A stretch of 32,000 nucleotides of DNA, from NCBI RefSeq assembly GCF_000186885.1, contig NC_014972.1, positions 840,001 through 872,000 on the forward strand, given 5' to 3'. This DNA is from Desulfobulbus propionicus DSM 2032. GTDB taxonomy: Bacteria > Desulfobacterota > Desulfobulbia > Desulfobulbales > Desulfobulbaceae. The translations under genes and the position numbers were made by a program. The notes below the pieces were generated by a model, which saw nothing but the letters and a program-made list of their open reading frames with translations, made no database searches and was not told the origin of the DNA. Positions 1 to 8,833 of this stretch are shown here, in pieces; the stretch's first letter is position 1; each line of letters opens with the position of its first letter.

Positions 1-3000
1 GTTTTGTCATCGTATGGAATCGGTGTCGCGTTGACTTCCACCGTGCGGAGTGTTCCGTCGGCCAAACGATGCTGAAGGACTAATTGTCGCAGGTGCTCCT
101 TGTTCACCTTGTATAGAGTGTCGGCGAGCGCATCGGGGGTCATGCAGACGATCTGCAGCAGGCTCATCCCCTGCATGTTTTCCCTGGAGTAGCCGTAGAA
201 GCGGCTGGCGGCAACATTGACATCCTGGATGCAGCCGGTCGAGCCATCGACCAGGAGCATGATGGCGCTGTGTTTTTCGAACAGGCAACGAAACCGTTCT
301 TCGCTGGCGACGAGTGCATCGGTCAACAGTTTCTGTTCACTGACATCACGGGTCACGCCACGAAAGCCAAGACACTCGCCATTGCCATTGAAGACAGGGA
401 CCGCGCTGACATTCACCGTCAGCTGCTGTCCGTGCCGATGATGAACCGCATGTTGAAGCGATCTGAATGGCTGCTGGTTGGCGATAGTGGTCAGTACCTG
501 CCGCCCGATGCCTTCTCGTTCATGCGCGGGAAGCAGGGCAATGCACTTCTCGCCGATGTATTCTTCGGGAGCGTAACCAGTCATGTCCGCAAATCGCGGG
601 CTCAAGTACGTGAAACGTCCTTGAGCATCCGTTTCCCAGATGCATTCGCTGGTGGTTTCCACCAACGAGCGAAATTTCTCCTCGCTTTTCCGGAGTTGCT
701 CCTCCAGCTGTTTGCGTTCGGTAATATCCCGCCCCACTCCCTGAATCTCGACCAGTTGTCCTGCCGCATCAAAGATGCCGCGATTGATGACCTGTACCCA
801 GCGAACAGTTCCCGCCGCATCATAAACGCGGCTTTCGATGGTGACCACGGGGTTGGCCGGGGAAAGCTCCTGGAGTGCGGCATGGATCATGGGAATGTCT
901 TCGGCGACCGCCTCGGGATACCAAGCCCTGCCGATCAACTCCTGTTCTGTTTGGCCAAAAAATCGGCAAAACACTTCATTGACAAAGGTATAGGCATGGT
1001 CATCGGGCTTGAAGCGGGCGATCATCTCCGTCTGATCTTCCACCACGGATCGGTAGCGGTGTTCGCTGGCCTGCAGCGCTTTCACCGCCTGTTCCAGTTC
1101 GATGGTCCCCTCCGCCACTTGTTGCTGCAGGTTGTTGGCGAGCAGTTTTGCGGCTAGCTCCGCTTGCTTGCGAACGGTGATATTGCTGGCGGCGCCAAAC
1201 CACTCAACAATATTTCCCTGTTCGTCGAGCAGGGGAATGGCTCTTGAAGAGGTCCATCCCGGACTTCCATCTGTCTGCAAGACCTGATGTTCCAGGGTAA
1301 AAGTGCTTTTGGTGCGGATCGCCTGATCGATGACGGCAAGGACATGGTCCTGGTCTTGCGGACGGATATACCGTTCAAGCCAATGCCGACTGGGAGAGTC
1401 CGTATCGGCAATGAAATCTTTGCCGTACAGCAACTTCATTTCCCGCCAATCGGGACTCATACAGTACACGACGTCCGAGCTGGCCAAGGTCAATGCCCGA
1501 AAGCGTTGCTCGCTCTTGTGCAGACGCTCTTCCATCTGTTTGCGTTCAGTGAGGTCGGTGATGACGCCTTCCAAACGCAGTGGAGCGCCGTGCCGGTCAT
1601 GACTGAATCGCCCCCGCGCCGAAATCCACCGCAGGGAGCCGTCCGGCCAGAGGATGCGGTACTCGAGATCGAGATCCTTCCGCTTCTCCATGGCCTCGCG
1701 CACTTGCTGGTCGGCGCTCTCGCGGTCCTCGGGGAACAGTGAGTTCAGCCAATTAGCATAATTTGCCGGCATATCGGATGAAATCCCTGCAACTTGGCGA
1801 TACGAACCGGTCCAGACAACTTCCCCCGTGGTGATATTCCAATGAAAGGCGCCCATCCGGGCGGCATCGAGCGCCAGACGCAGCCGTTCTTCGCTCAGAC
1901 GCAGTGCTGCATCGGCGCGTTTACGCGCGGTAAGGTCAAGATGGGTTCCCACGATCCGGACCACCTTGCCATCCGACGCGCGCTTGAGCGGCAAGCCGCG
2001 TGACAGGATGGCAAGGTAGCGGCCGTCCTTGTGTCTGAGGCGGAACTCCATTTCGTATTCCCGCTCGCCCTGTTTGACCGCATCAACATGCTGGAGACAC
2101 GGTTCCCGGTCGTCGGGATGCAGCAGCCGCAACCAACTGCTAAGGTGATGCTCGATCTCCTCCTCGGCATACCCGAGCATCTCCTTGTAGCGAGGCGAAT
2201 ACCAGACCTCGTCTGTTTCCAGGTTCCAGTCCCACACGCCTTCCTGTGCTGCCTGAACGGCAAGATTGAACCGTTCGTCGCTGGCTTGCAGGGCTTGTTG
2301 GGCCTGTTTTCGCTCGGTGATGTCCAGGGTGGCGCCGATGTAGCGCACCGGTTTTTCCTTTCCATTGCAATAGGGATACGCCCTGTTGTGCACCCACCGT
2401 ACCTGCCCATCGGGACGCACGATCCTGTGTTCGAGTTCGTACACGGCACAATGGTGCAATGCCGTGGCAAAGGTGTAATGGACCCGAGCCGCATCGTCGG
2501 GATGGATATGCCGTTGGAGCATGTCCTCATGGGTGGGCGGGGGGGCGCAGGGTCGAGGCCGTAAATACGGTACTCTTCCTCGGACCAGACGGTTTGCCGC
2601 GTGTCGGCGATGTATTCAAACGAGCCCACGTGGGCAATTTTCTGCGTTTCGGTCAAGATGAATCGCGTTTTCTCCAAGGCGTCCTCGACCCGCTTCTGTT
2701 CGGTGATATCCTGGAGGCCGACGAAAATGCCGCCGTTTTGGCGGGGAACGCAGCGGTGACGCGACCACCGGTTCCGATCCGGGTCAAAATATTCGAAATC
2801 CCGGCGCTCTCCGGAGGCGACGCACCGATACTCCCGCTCCAGTTGCGTTCCCAAGGTCGCGGGAAAGGCCTGCCAATAGCTCGTGCCCATCACCTCATCC
2901 CGGCTGATGGCAAACATTCTCTCGGCAGTGTCATTGACATAGACAATCCGCCAATCAGCATCACAGGCAAAGCAACCATCCAGTAGGGTTTCAAGTGTGC

Positions 3001-3076
3001 TCGCCAGTTCATGGACACTCACGTCGGACGACCATGCGCTGCGTTTGGTATCTCCACGGGGCGGGGAACTGTTCAT
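1..3076 (-). CDS. Large multi-PAS/PAC sensor protein (probable signalling kinase or cyclase; output domain outside window), C-terminus truncated by the left edge, with an apparent frameshift at about 2539-2545
   Basis: Minus-strand frame starting at ATG 3076 (upstream GGAGGT) reads LASTLETLLDGCFACDADWRIVYVNDTAERMFAISRDEVMG...VGLQDITEQKR. After a one-base frame change the reading frame is open to position 1, with repeated PAS/PAC motifs such as HPDDAARVHYT...RYIGATLDITERKQ, SDERFNLAVQAAQEGVWDWNLETDEVWYSPRYKEMLGY, RLALDAARMGAFHWNITTGEVVWTG...EGVITDLTERKQ and SAIMLLVDGSTGCIQDVNVAASRFYGYSRENMQGM. About eight PAS repeats are recognisable by eye. Confidence 0.85.
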
Positions 3077-3435
3077 GGAACCTACCTCCAAGGCGAGAGA
3101 ATGGTGGGGATTGCTTTTGATTTTTGAGCGATTTTTTAATGTGTTGCAACGTATAAATGCGTCTGTTGCCGACTTCGGTCGATCCATCGACAAGCCTCCT
3201 CCCGTGCATCGTCTGTCCGTGGACATGGCTGCGGCACGAGCTGGACAATCAGAAAAATGACTCCCATCGTTCAAAGGCCTGCTTGAATGCTGCTTTTTTC
3301 TTGGCGTTGCCAATCGATTGATCCGTATAATCGTTGCAAGCGTTCATCCCCTCCGCCTGTTGGCGGCCGCGAGCCGCTTGCCGCGCTTGGCCGGAGGGAT
3401 GGGAAGGGTCAATTTTTCACGGCACGAGGAGAACG

Positions 3436-4881
3436 GTGAACAGGAGAATACAGGGGTGCGCCCAAGCAATGCTGGCCGCCGCGGCAACATGCTCCCTGCT
3501 GATGGCAACCGAGGCCTTGGCGGAGCTCTCCGTCAGGGATCGGTGTGAGCAGGCGTTGAAGATGATGGGAGTGAAAACCGACGGCACCGAGCGCGGCTGG
3601 GCTTCGCTTTGCGCCGGGGTGATCAAGAACGAGCCGATCACCCGGTACGGCAATTGGTATGGGCCCGGGTATTGGGGCGGTGGGGAAGATCCTCATCGAG
3701 CGGGTCTTGCCGCGCCGGTGGATTCGCTGGACGCGGTGGCGATGCGCCATGACTTCGGCTATGTGATCGCCGAAAAGTACGGCAAGATCTACGGCAAGCA
3801 GTACGAATACAAACTGAAGGCGATGGCGGACCGGGTGGCGGTGCGGGATGCGCTGAAGCTTCCCGAGGATCCCAGAAAATGGCCCCAGGTGCCCAAGGAC
3901 ATCGAGGCAGCGTCTCGCTACCGAGATCGCATTATAACCGGTTTTATCATCGAGTCGGATATTTATAAGAATCTAGCCGGAGCCACCAAGGTGGGGGATG
4001 CGATCACCAGCCCCTTCATCACCATGTTCGACCAGATCGATTACTCCCATGTTCCCGATCTTGCCAAATTCGATCGCGAGGTCGCCAGTCATATCAATGG
4101 CTGGAAAAAACAGGTCGCCCAAAAAGCGGCGGAGGATAAAAAACTCAAGGAAGCGGCGGAAAAAGCCTCGCTGCAGCAGGGGGAAGCCGAGCAACAGGCC
4201 GCGGAGAAAGAACAGGCGGAAAAGGAGCGAGCGGCGCGCAAAGCCAAGGAGGCCAAGGAGGCCAAGGAGGCGCAAGAGGCAAGGACGCGTCTGGAAGAGA
4301 AAATCAAGGCCAGCAAGCAGGAGCCGAAAGCGCCGCCGGTCAAGCGAAAGAGTTATGAGGAAATGACCCCGGAAGAGCGGCATGAGGCGTTGAAAAACAA
4401 TTACCCCGAGGCCTGGAAAGGCTTGCGGAATGCCCTTGTGGGCGAGGACAAGGCCGCCGCTGAGGAGATTCTTGAGGAGGAAGAGCAGGTGGAGGCCGAA
4501 ACCTCGCAGGAGGAAAAAGCGGAGGTGGAAATCCAGCCCGTACGGGTGACGGCATCCGGGTCCTTTGATGAGGATCACAGTTCCGGAGGCTTTGCGAATA
4601 TCGTCACCACCACTATAACGGTTTCCTTCTGGAATGTGGGCAACCAGGTGCCCGGGTACGGGGAGGCCAGCATGAAAACTTCGTCGGTATCTTCCTTGAA
4701 CGGCGCCACTTCGGAAAGCTCGTGCGGCGGGACATTCTCCGGCGGGCCAAATGGCGTCCTGCGTTTTAGCGGCGAATGCGACGGTGTGAGTTTGAGCCTC
4801 AGGGGCGGGAGCACCATCAGTGCCGAGGGCGTTTCATTGACCGTTTCCAACCCGTCGGCCTTCAGCGACTGGGAACAATAA
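3436..4881 (+). CDS. Predicted secreted protein with phospholipase A2-like motif, K/E/A-rich coiled coil and Ser/Gly/Thr-rich C-terminal region
   Basis: In-frame GTG start at 3436 (upstream ACGAGGAG) inside the 3334..4881 ORF gives a plausible signal peptide (NRR...AMLAAAATCSLLMATEALA|EL). This is followed by NWYGPGYWGGGEDPHRAGLAAPVDSLDAVAMRHDFGY, then an acidic/basic alanine-rich helical region, then a beta-like C-terminus. Confidence 0.75.
   Translation: MNRRIQGCAQAMLAAAATCSLLMATEALAELSVRDRCEQALKMMGVKTDGTERGWASLCAGVIKNEPITRYGNWYGPGYWGGGEDPHRAGLAAPVDSLDAVAMRHDFGYVIAEKYGKIYGKQYEYKLKAMADRVAVRDALKLPEDPRKWPQVPKDIEAASRYRDRIITGFIIESDIYKNLAGATKVGDAITSPFITMFDQIDYSHVPDLAKFDREVASHINGWKKQVAQKAAEDKKLKEAAEKASLQQGEAEQQAAEKEQAEKERAARKAKEAKEAKEAQEARTRLEEKIKASKQEPKAPPVKRKSYEEMTPEERHEALKNNYPEAWKGLRNALVGEDKAAAEEILEEEEQVEAETSQEEKAEVEIQPVRVTASGSFDEDHSSGGFANIVTTTITVSFWNVGNQVPGYGEASMKTSSVSSLNGATSESSCGGTFSGGPNGVLRFSGECDGVSLSLRGGSTISAEGVSLTVSNPSAFSDWEQ
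4243..4269 (+). repeat. Three perfect tandem copies of the 9-mer GCCAAGGAG encoding (AKE)3 in the coiled-coil region
   Basis: Sequence gccaaggag gccaaggag gccaaggag read directly; it continues with degenerate GCG-CAA-GAG. Confidence 0.8.
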
Positions 4882-4922
4882 GAGGGCCGCCGTGGGCGGT
4901 GCGTGGAGCAGAAAAAAGAAAA

Positions 4923-4946
4923 CCCGCAACCTGTGAAGGCTGCGGG
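4923..4946. terminator. Probable bidirectional terminator between the PLA2-like gene and tRNA-Leu
   Basis: CCCGCA ... TGCGGG stem flanked by AAAAAAGAAAA upstream and TTTCTTTT downstream, giving T-rich tails on both strands. Confidence 0.55.
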
Positions 4947-4959
4947 TGATTTCTTTTGA

Positions 4960-5046
4960 TGGTGCCGAAGAGAAGACTCGAACTTCCACTGGGGAACCCC
5001 AACTAGACCCTGAACCTAGCGCGTCTACCAATTCCGCCACTTCGGC
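4960..5046 (-). tRNA. tRNA-Leu (anticodon CAG), CCA encoded
   Basis: Minus strand GCCGAAGTGGCGGAATTGGTAGACGCGCTAGGTTCAGGGTCTAGTTGGGGTTCCCCAGTGGAAGTTCGAGTCTTCTCTTCGGCACCA. It has a 7-bp acceptor stem, a long variable arm, a T-loop GTTCGAGT and a 3' CCA. Confidence 0.95.
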
Positions 5047-5058
5047 ACTGCGGCGGCT

Positions 5059-5087
5059 ATTATGTTCGATTGGGCCGAGTCTGTCAA
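5059..5087 (-). promoter_or_regulatory. Sigma70-type promoter for tRNA-Leu
   Basis: Minus strand TTGACA - 17 nt - CATAAT, about 12 nt upstream of the mature tRNA 5' end. Confidence 0.7.
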
Positions 5088-5344
5088 GTATTTCTTTTGG
5101 GGCGAAGCGGGAATAATGCGTCCGCAGGCGGTTTTGCTGGTGTGGCCAGCAAAAGGAGCAGGGGAGGTGGGGGAGTGGACAGGGGGGAACTGTCGGCCTC
5201 GGAGCGCCGTGGCGATGAACTGTTTGCTTGTTTTTCTGATTTGGAGTACATATCCCGTTTTCATGGTCGCGAGGATCTCCTTGGCTACCGGGAATTCATT
5301 TTTTTGCTGTGCACTCAATCTGCCGGTTTTTGGCAGCGGCTTCC

Positions 5345-6316
5345 ATGGAAATATACACCGACCTTAACGATATCCTACAGCCCTTTACCCGGGCCCATGT
5401 CACTATCGGCAACTTCGACGGCGTCCATCTGGGCCATCAGAAGCTGTTTGACCAGGTGGTGGCCCGAGCTCGCCAGGACAAGGGGACCAGCGTGGCTATC
5501 ACCTTTGATCCGCATCCGCTGAAGGTGCTGAGTCCGCAGGGTATCCGCCTGATCTCGACAACTCCGCAGAAGATCGAGCTGATTGAGCGGGCCGGGATCG
5601 ATGTGCTGGTAATCATTCCGTTCAATCGCGAGGTGGCAGTGACCACGGCGGTGGAGTTTGTCGACCAGGTGCTGCTCGGCCGTGTGGGTATGCGGGATTT
5701 GGTGGTGGGCTACGATTATGCCATGGGTAAGGGACGGCAGGGCGATACCGCTTTTCTTCAACGGCAGGGCCAGGAAAAGGGTTTTTCAGTGATGGTGATG
5801 CCCGCCCATTACGAACAAGGCATGTTGGTGTCCAGCAGCCGGATCCGGGAACTGGTGGCTGCAGGGAAGATGCGCGATGTGCGCCGGCTGCTGGGCCGCT
5901 GGTATCAGATCCGTGGCGATGTCCAGTGGGGCCGGCAGCGCGGTGGAAAATTGCTCGGTTTTCCCACTGCCAATCTCAACCTGTCCGAGGAGGACCTGTG
6001 CCCCAAACGGGGCGTGTACGTCACCCAGGTGATCTATGATGGCCGCCAGTACGGCGGGGTGTCTAACATCGGCTACAATCCGACCTTTGGCGATACCGGC
6101 TTGGTGGCCGAAACCCACATTTTCGATTTCAACGCCGATATCTATGGCCGGCCGTTGAAAATCAACCTGCTCCGCCATCTGCGTGGCGAGATCGCCTTCA
6201 GTGGTCCAGACGCCCTCGCCCGGCAGATTCACCGCGACATCGAGGTGGCGCAGAAGGTGCTGGCCAAGGAGCGGCAAAAGAAGCTGATCGCCTATCAGCG
6301 GCCTAGCACCGTCTGA
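5345..6316 (+). CDS. ribF: Bifunctional riboflavin kinase / FMN adenylyltransferase (FAD synthetase)
   Basis: MEIYTDLNDILQPFTRAHVTIGNFDGVHLGHQKLFDQVV...SSSRIRELVAAGKMRDVRRLLGRWYQIRGDV..GRQRGGKLLGFPTANLNL...GVSNIGYNPTFG...LRGEIAFSG. The start could be the in-frame GTG at 5309. Confidence 0.95.
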   Translation: MEIYTDLNDILQPFTRAHVTIGNFDGVHLGHQKLFDQVVARARQDKGTSVAITFDPHPLKVLSPQGIRLISTTPQKIELIERAGIDVLVIIPFNREVAVTTAVEFVDQVLLGRVGMRDLVVGYDYAMGKGRQGDTAFLQRQGQEKGFSVMVMPAHYEQGMLVSSSRIRELVAAGKMRDVRRLLGRWYQIRGDVQWGRQRGGKLLGFPTANLNLSEEDLCPKRGVYVTQVIYDGRQYGGVSNIGYNPTFGDTGLVAETHIFDFNADIYGRPLKINLLRHLRGEIAFSGPDALARQIHRDIEVAQKVLAKERQKKLIAYQRPSTV

Positions 6317-6460
6317 ACCATTCGCAGCGGCAGAGGGCAAATTGCCGGTGGGGCAACTTGCGCCCTGCGGGTTCGTGGCTATACTATAGAAACTTTTCCC
6401 ATGGAGTGCCGGAGCAGGCCGGCCGGGACTTTTCACTTAAGCATAGAGAAGGTTTTTTTT

Positions 6461-7093
6461 ATGACGGAAGCACAGAAACCGGCCGATCTTTCGGCTGTGA
6501 TCGGCGAGCTGGAAAAGATAGTGGAGGAAAAACCGAACAATGTCATGGCCCGGCATCACCTCGGTTTGATCTATCGCCAGGCCGGCCGGATCGACGAGGC
6601 CATTGCTCAACTGGAGAAGGCCATCGAACTCGACAACCAGTCCATGGAGTCGATGATCAACCTTGGCGCCATCTTTTTTGATCGCGGCGACACCGATCGC
6701 GCCCTGGAGCTGAATCAGCAGGCCCTGGCCATCTCCCCCGACATGGCCGAAGCCCACGTCAACATTGGCCTCATCCGTCAGCACCGTGGCGAGGTCGACA
6801 AAGCGGTCGCATGCTATTCCAAGGCGGTGCAGATCGACCCCAAACTGATCACCGCCTGGATCAATCTAACCTCCGCCTATACCATGCTCGAACAGGACGA
6901 CAAGGCGGTGGACGCGGCCCGCCAGGCCGTGACCTTGGAGCCCGATTCGGCCATGGCGCGCAACAATCTGGCGGTGGCCCTCTATTTCAAGGGCGATTTT
7001 GCAGAGTCCCAGCGCAACATGGAAAAGGCCAAGGAACTGGGCTACAGTGTTGATCCTCGGTTTGTCGAGGCCCTCAAGACAAAGCTGGCGTAA
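6461..7093 (+). CDS. Tetratricopeptide-repeat protein
   Basis: RBS AGAGAAGG then ATG 6461. Canonical TPR repeats: VMARHHLGLIYRQAGRIDEAIAQLEKAIELDNQSMESMINLGAIFFDRGDTDRALELNQQALAISPDMAEAHVNIGLIRQHRGEVDKAVACYSKAVQIDP. Confidence 0.9.
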   Translation: MTEAQKPADLSAVIGELEKIVEEKPNNVMARHHLGLIYRQAGRIDEAIAQLEKAIELDNQSMESMINLGAIFFDRGDTDRALELNQQALAISPDMAEAHVNIGLIRQHRGEVDKAVACYSKAVQIDPKLITAWINLTSAYTMLEQDDKAVDAARQAVTLEPDSAMARNNLAVALYFKGDFAESQRNMEKAKELGYSVDPRFVEALKTKLA

Positions 7094-7098
7094 TCCTC

Positions 7099-8238
7099 AT
7101 GAGCAGCAAGGCGGAAGCACTTCTCAAGCCCTGGTGCCCTTTTTGTGGTATGGATGTCGGCCGGCCAACGGTTAGCCTGCAACGCAAGATGCGGGAGTTT
7201 CCACTGGGCGCCTGCGAATGTGGGGCGGTCTATGTCAGCGATCCCACCGGCCATAACATCGGCGCGGCCATGGTCGAATGTCTGGTCAGCGCCTGCAACG
7301 ACCAGTGGGACTTGGCCTGGGAATTGATCCCCGAAGACGACTACCTGACCGGTCTGTTGGAAAACTACGATGAAGTCACCCATCAGATCGTGCCCAAGCG
7401 AAATCTCGATGGCCGGGCGGTGCGCGGAATTTTGTATTTCGTTCGCCTTCATCGGGAGATGGCAGAACTGGTCAAGCGTTACGAGCACAAACTGGTTGGC
7501 CAGGAGAACGGACAGACCGGAGAGCGTCAGCCTGAGTCGGCCGTCGAACCGGCGCGCGATCCCAAGCGGAAGAAGAAGCGGGCGGACAAACAGGTGGTCA
7601 AGGAACTTGCGCTGCGGGCGGATGTCGACGGCTTGGTCGATCTCTACTTTGATGACCGCAAGGTTCTCCGTTTCCTGCAACGACTCCTGTACGAGCCCGA
7701 TCAGGGGATGCGTTACCGAATCGCCTGGGTGCTCGGCCAGGTGTGCGGCCGGGTGGCCACCCGGGAACCCGGACCGGTGGCCGACCTGCTCCATCGGCTG
7801 TTTGAAGCCTGTTCCGATTCGGCGGCCAGTTCCTGGGGCATGGTGGAAACCATCGGCGCGATCATCGCCGCCCGGCCGGACATTTACGGTGCCTTCACCC
7901 GTCACTTGTTCAATTTCATGGGCGATCCAGGCACCCGCGAGGCCGTGCTCTGGGGTTTGGGCGAGATCGCGGGCAGCAAGCCTGACCTGATCCGCAAGAT
8001 TCCCTTTTATTCGCTCTTTCCGGTGCTCAACCACAGCAATCCGTTGCTGCGCGGGCTGACTCTGCGAATTTTGGGGCGAATCCAAGCCAAGGAGGCGGCG
8101 TTGCAAATCCATGGCCTCCAGTTTGACACCACCCCCATCACCATCTATGAACAGGGTACGCCGGTGGCCACGACCGTGGCCGAACTCTCCGCCGAGGCGA
8201 CCCGCAGCTTGCATAAGGACCATGTCAATGGCGAGTGA
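7099..8238 (+). CDS. Zinc-ribbon plus HEAT-like repeat protein, resembling the DVU0298 family
   Basis: N-terminal CPFC...CECG cysteine pairs, then HEAT/armadillo-like helical repeats (GMRYRIAWVLGQVCGRVA..., TREAVLWGLGEIAGSKPDLI, GLTLRILGRIQAKEA). The family name is from recall of sulfate-reducer annotations, not a search. Confidence 0.75.
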   Translation: MSSKAEALLKPWCPFCGMDVGRPTVSLQRKMREFPLGACECGAVYVSDPTGHNIGAAMVECLVSACNDQWDLAWELIPEDDYLTGLLENYDEVTHQIVPKRNLDGRAVRGILYFVRLHREMAELVKRYEHKLVGQENGQTGERQPESAVEPARDPKRKKKRADKQVVKELALRADVDGLVDLYFDDRKVLRFLQRLLYEPDQGMRYRIAWVLGQVCGRVATREPGPVADLLHRLFEACSDSAASSWGMVETIGAIIAARPDIYGAFTRHLFNFMGDPGTREAVLWGLGEIAGSKPDLIRKIPFYSLFPVLNHSNPLLRGLTLRILGRIQAKEAALQIHGLQFDTTPITIYEQGTPVATTVAELSAEATRSLHKDHVNGE

Positions 8239-8833
8239 AACAATCCAACCTTTGTGTTCCCTCGGGCCGATGTCCCAGGAGAATAACACTGAGCAGAGCA
8301 ACGATCCCGTCAAACAGGATTACCTTGAAGGCCGTAAACTGCTCCGCGAGGGCAAGCATGCCCAGGCGGCCATCGCCTTTCACAATGCCCTGCGGGGCTT
8401 TGAGGAGCGTGGGGATCAGGCGGGCGTGGCCAACGCCGCCGACCGGCTGGGTGATGCCTGCCTGGCTCGGGACGAATACGCCATGGCGATTGCCAACTAC
8501 CAGCGCGCCTACGCCATCTGCGAAAAAGAGGATGACAGTTTTTCCCTGCTGGCCCTCAATAAGAAGATGGCCGCTGCTTACCGCAAACTGGGGGATCACG
8601 ACAAGGCGCTGGAATTGCTGTACGATATGCTCGAGCATTACCGCCTGACCAACAATCCCAAGGGCGCAGTCGAGGCGTTAATCATCATTGCCGAAACCTA
8701 CGCTGCTCAGGGCGAGACGGCCAAAGCTGCCGACGCCTACCGGTCGGTTTCCAGCATCCATGCCCGGTTCAAGCACGCCCGCTTGGCCGAGGAGTTCCAA
8801 CGACGGGCCGAAGCCCTGGAGCAGGGAAAATAA
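8228..8833 (+). CDS. TPR-repeat protein, overlapping the preceding gene by 11 nt (alternative start ATG 8270)
   Basis: Repeats AQAAIAFHNALRGFEERGDQAGVANAADRLGDACLARDEYAMAIANYQRAYAICEKEDDSFSLLALNKKMAAAYRKLGDHDKALELLYDMLEHYRLTNNP. Confidence 0.85.
   Translation: MASETIQPLCSLGPMSQENNTEQSNDPVKQDYLEGRKLLREGKHAQAAIAFHNALRGFEERGDQAGVANAADRLGDACLARDEYAMAIANYQRAYAICEKEDDSFSLLALNKKMAAAYRKLGDHDKALELLYDMLEHYRLTNNPKGAVEALIIIAETYAAQGETAKAADAYRSVSSIHARFKHARLAEEFQRRAEALEQGK

Noticed and set aside
270-2564. Plus-strand ORFs 270..1157, 1287..1742 and 2031..2564
   Set aside because: These are antisense to the multi-PAS sensor, whose minus-strand frame gives repeated PAS/PAC motifs. The plus-strand products look like reverse-frame translations.
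5070-5522. Plus-strand ORFs 5062..5367 and 5070..5522 upstream of or overlapping ribF
   Set aside because: They overlap each other, the tRNA-Leu promoter and ribF in other frames, with no RBS or recognisable domain.
7042-8313. 423-aa minus-strand ORF over the HEAT gene
   Set aside because: No protein-like domain; the plus-strand zinc-ribbon/HEAT protein fits tightly in an operon with good spacing.
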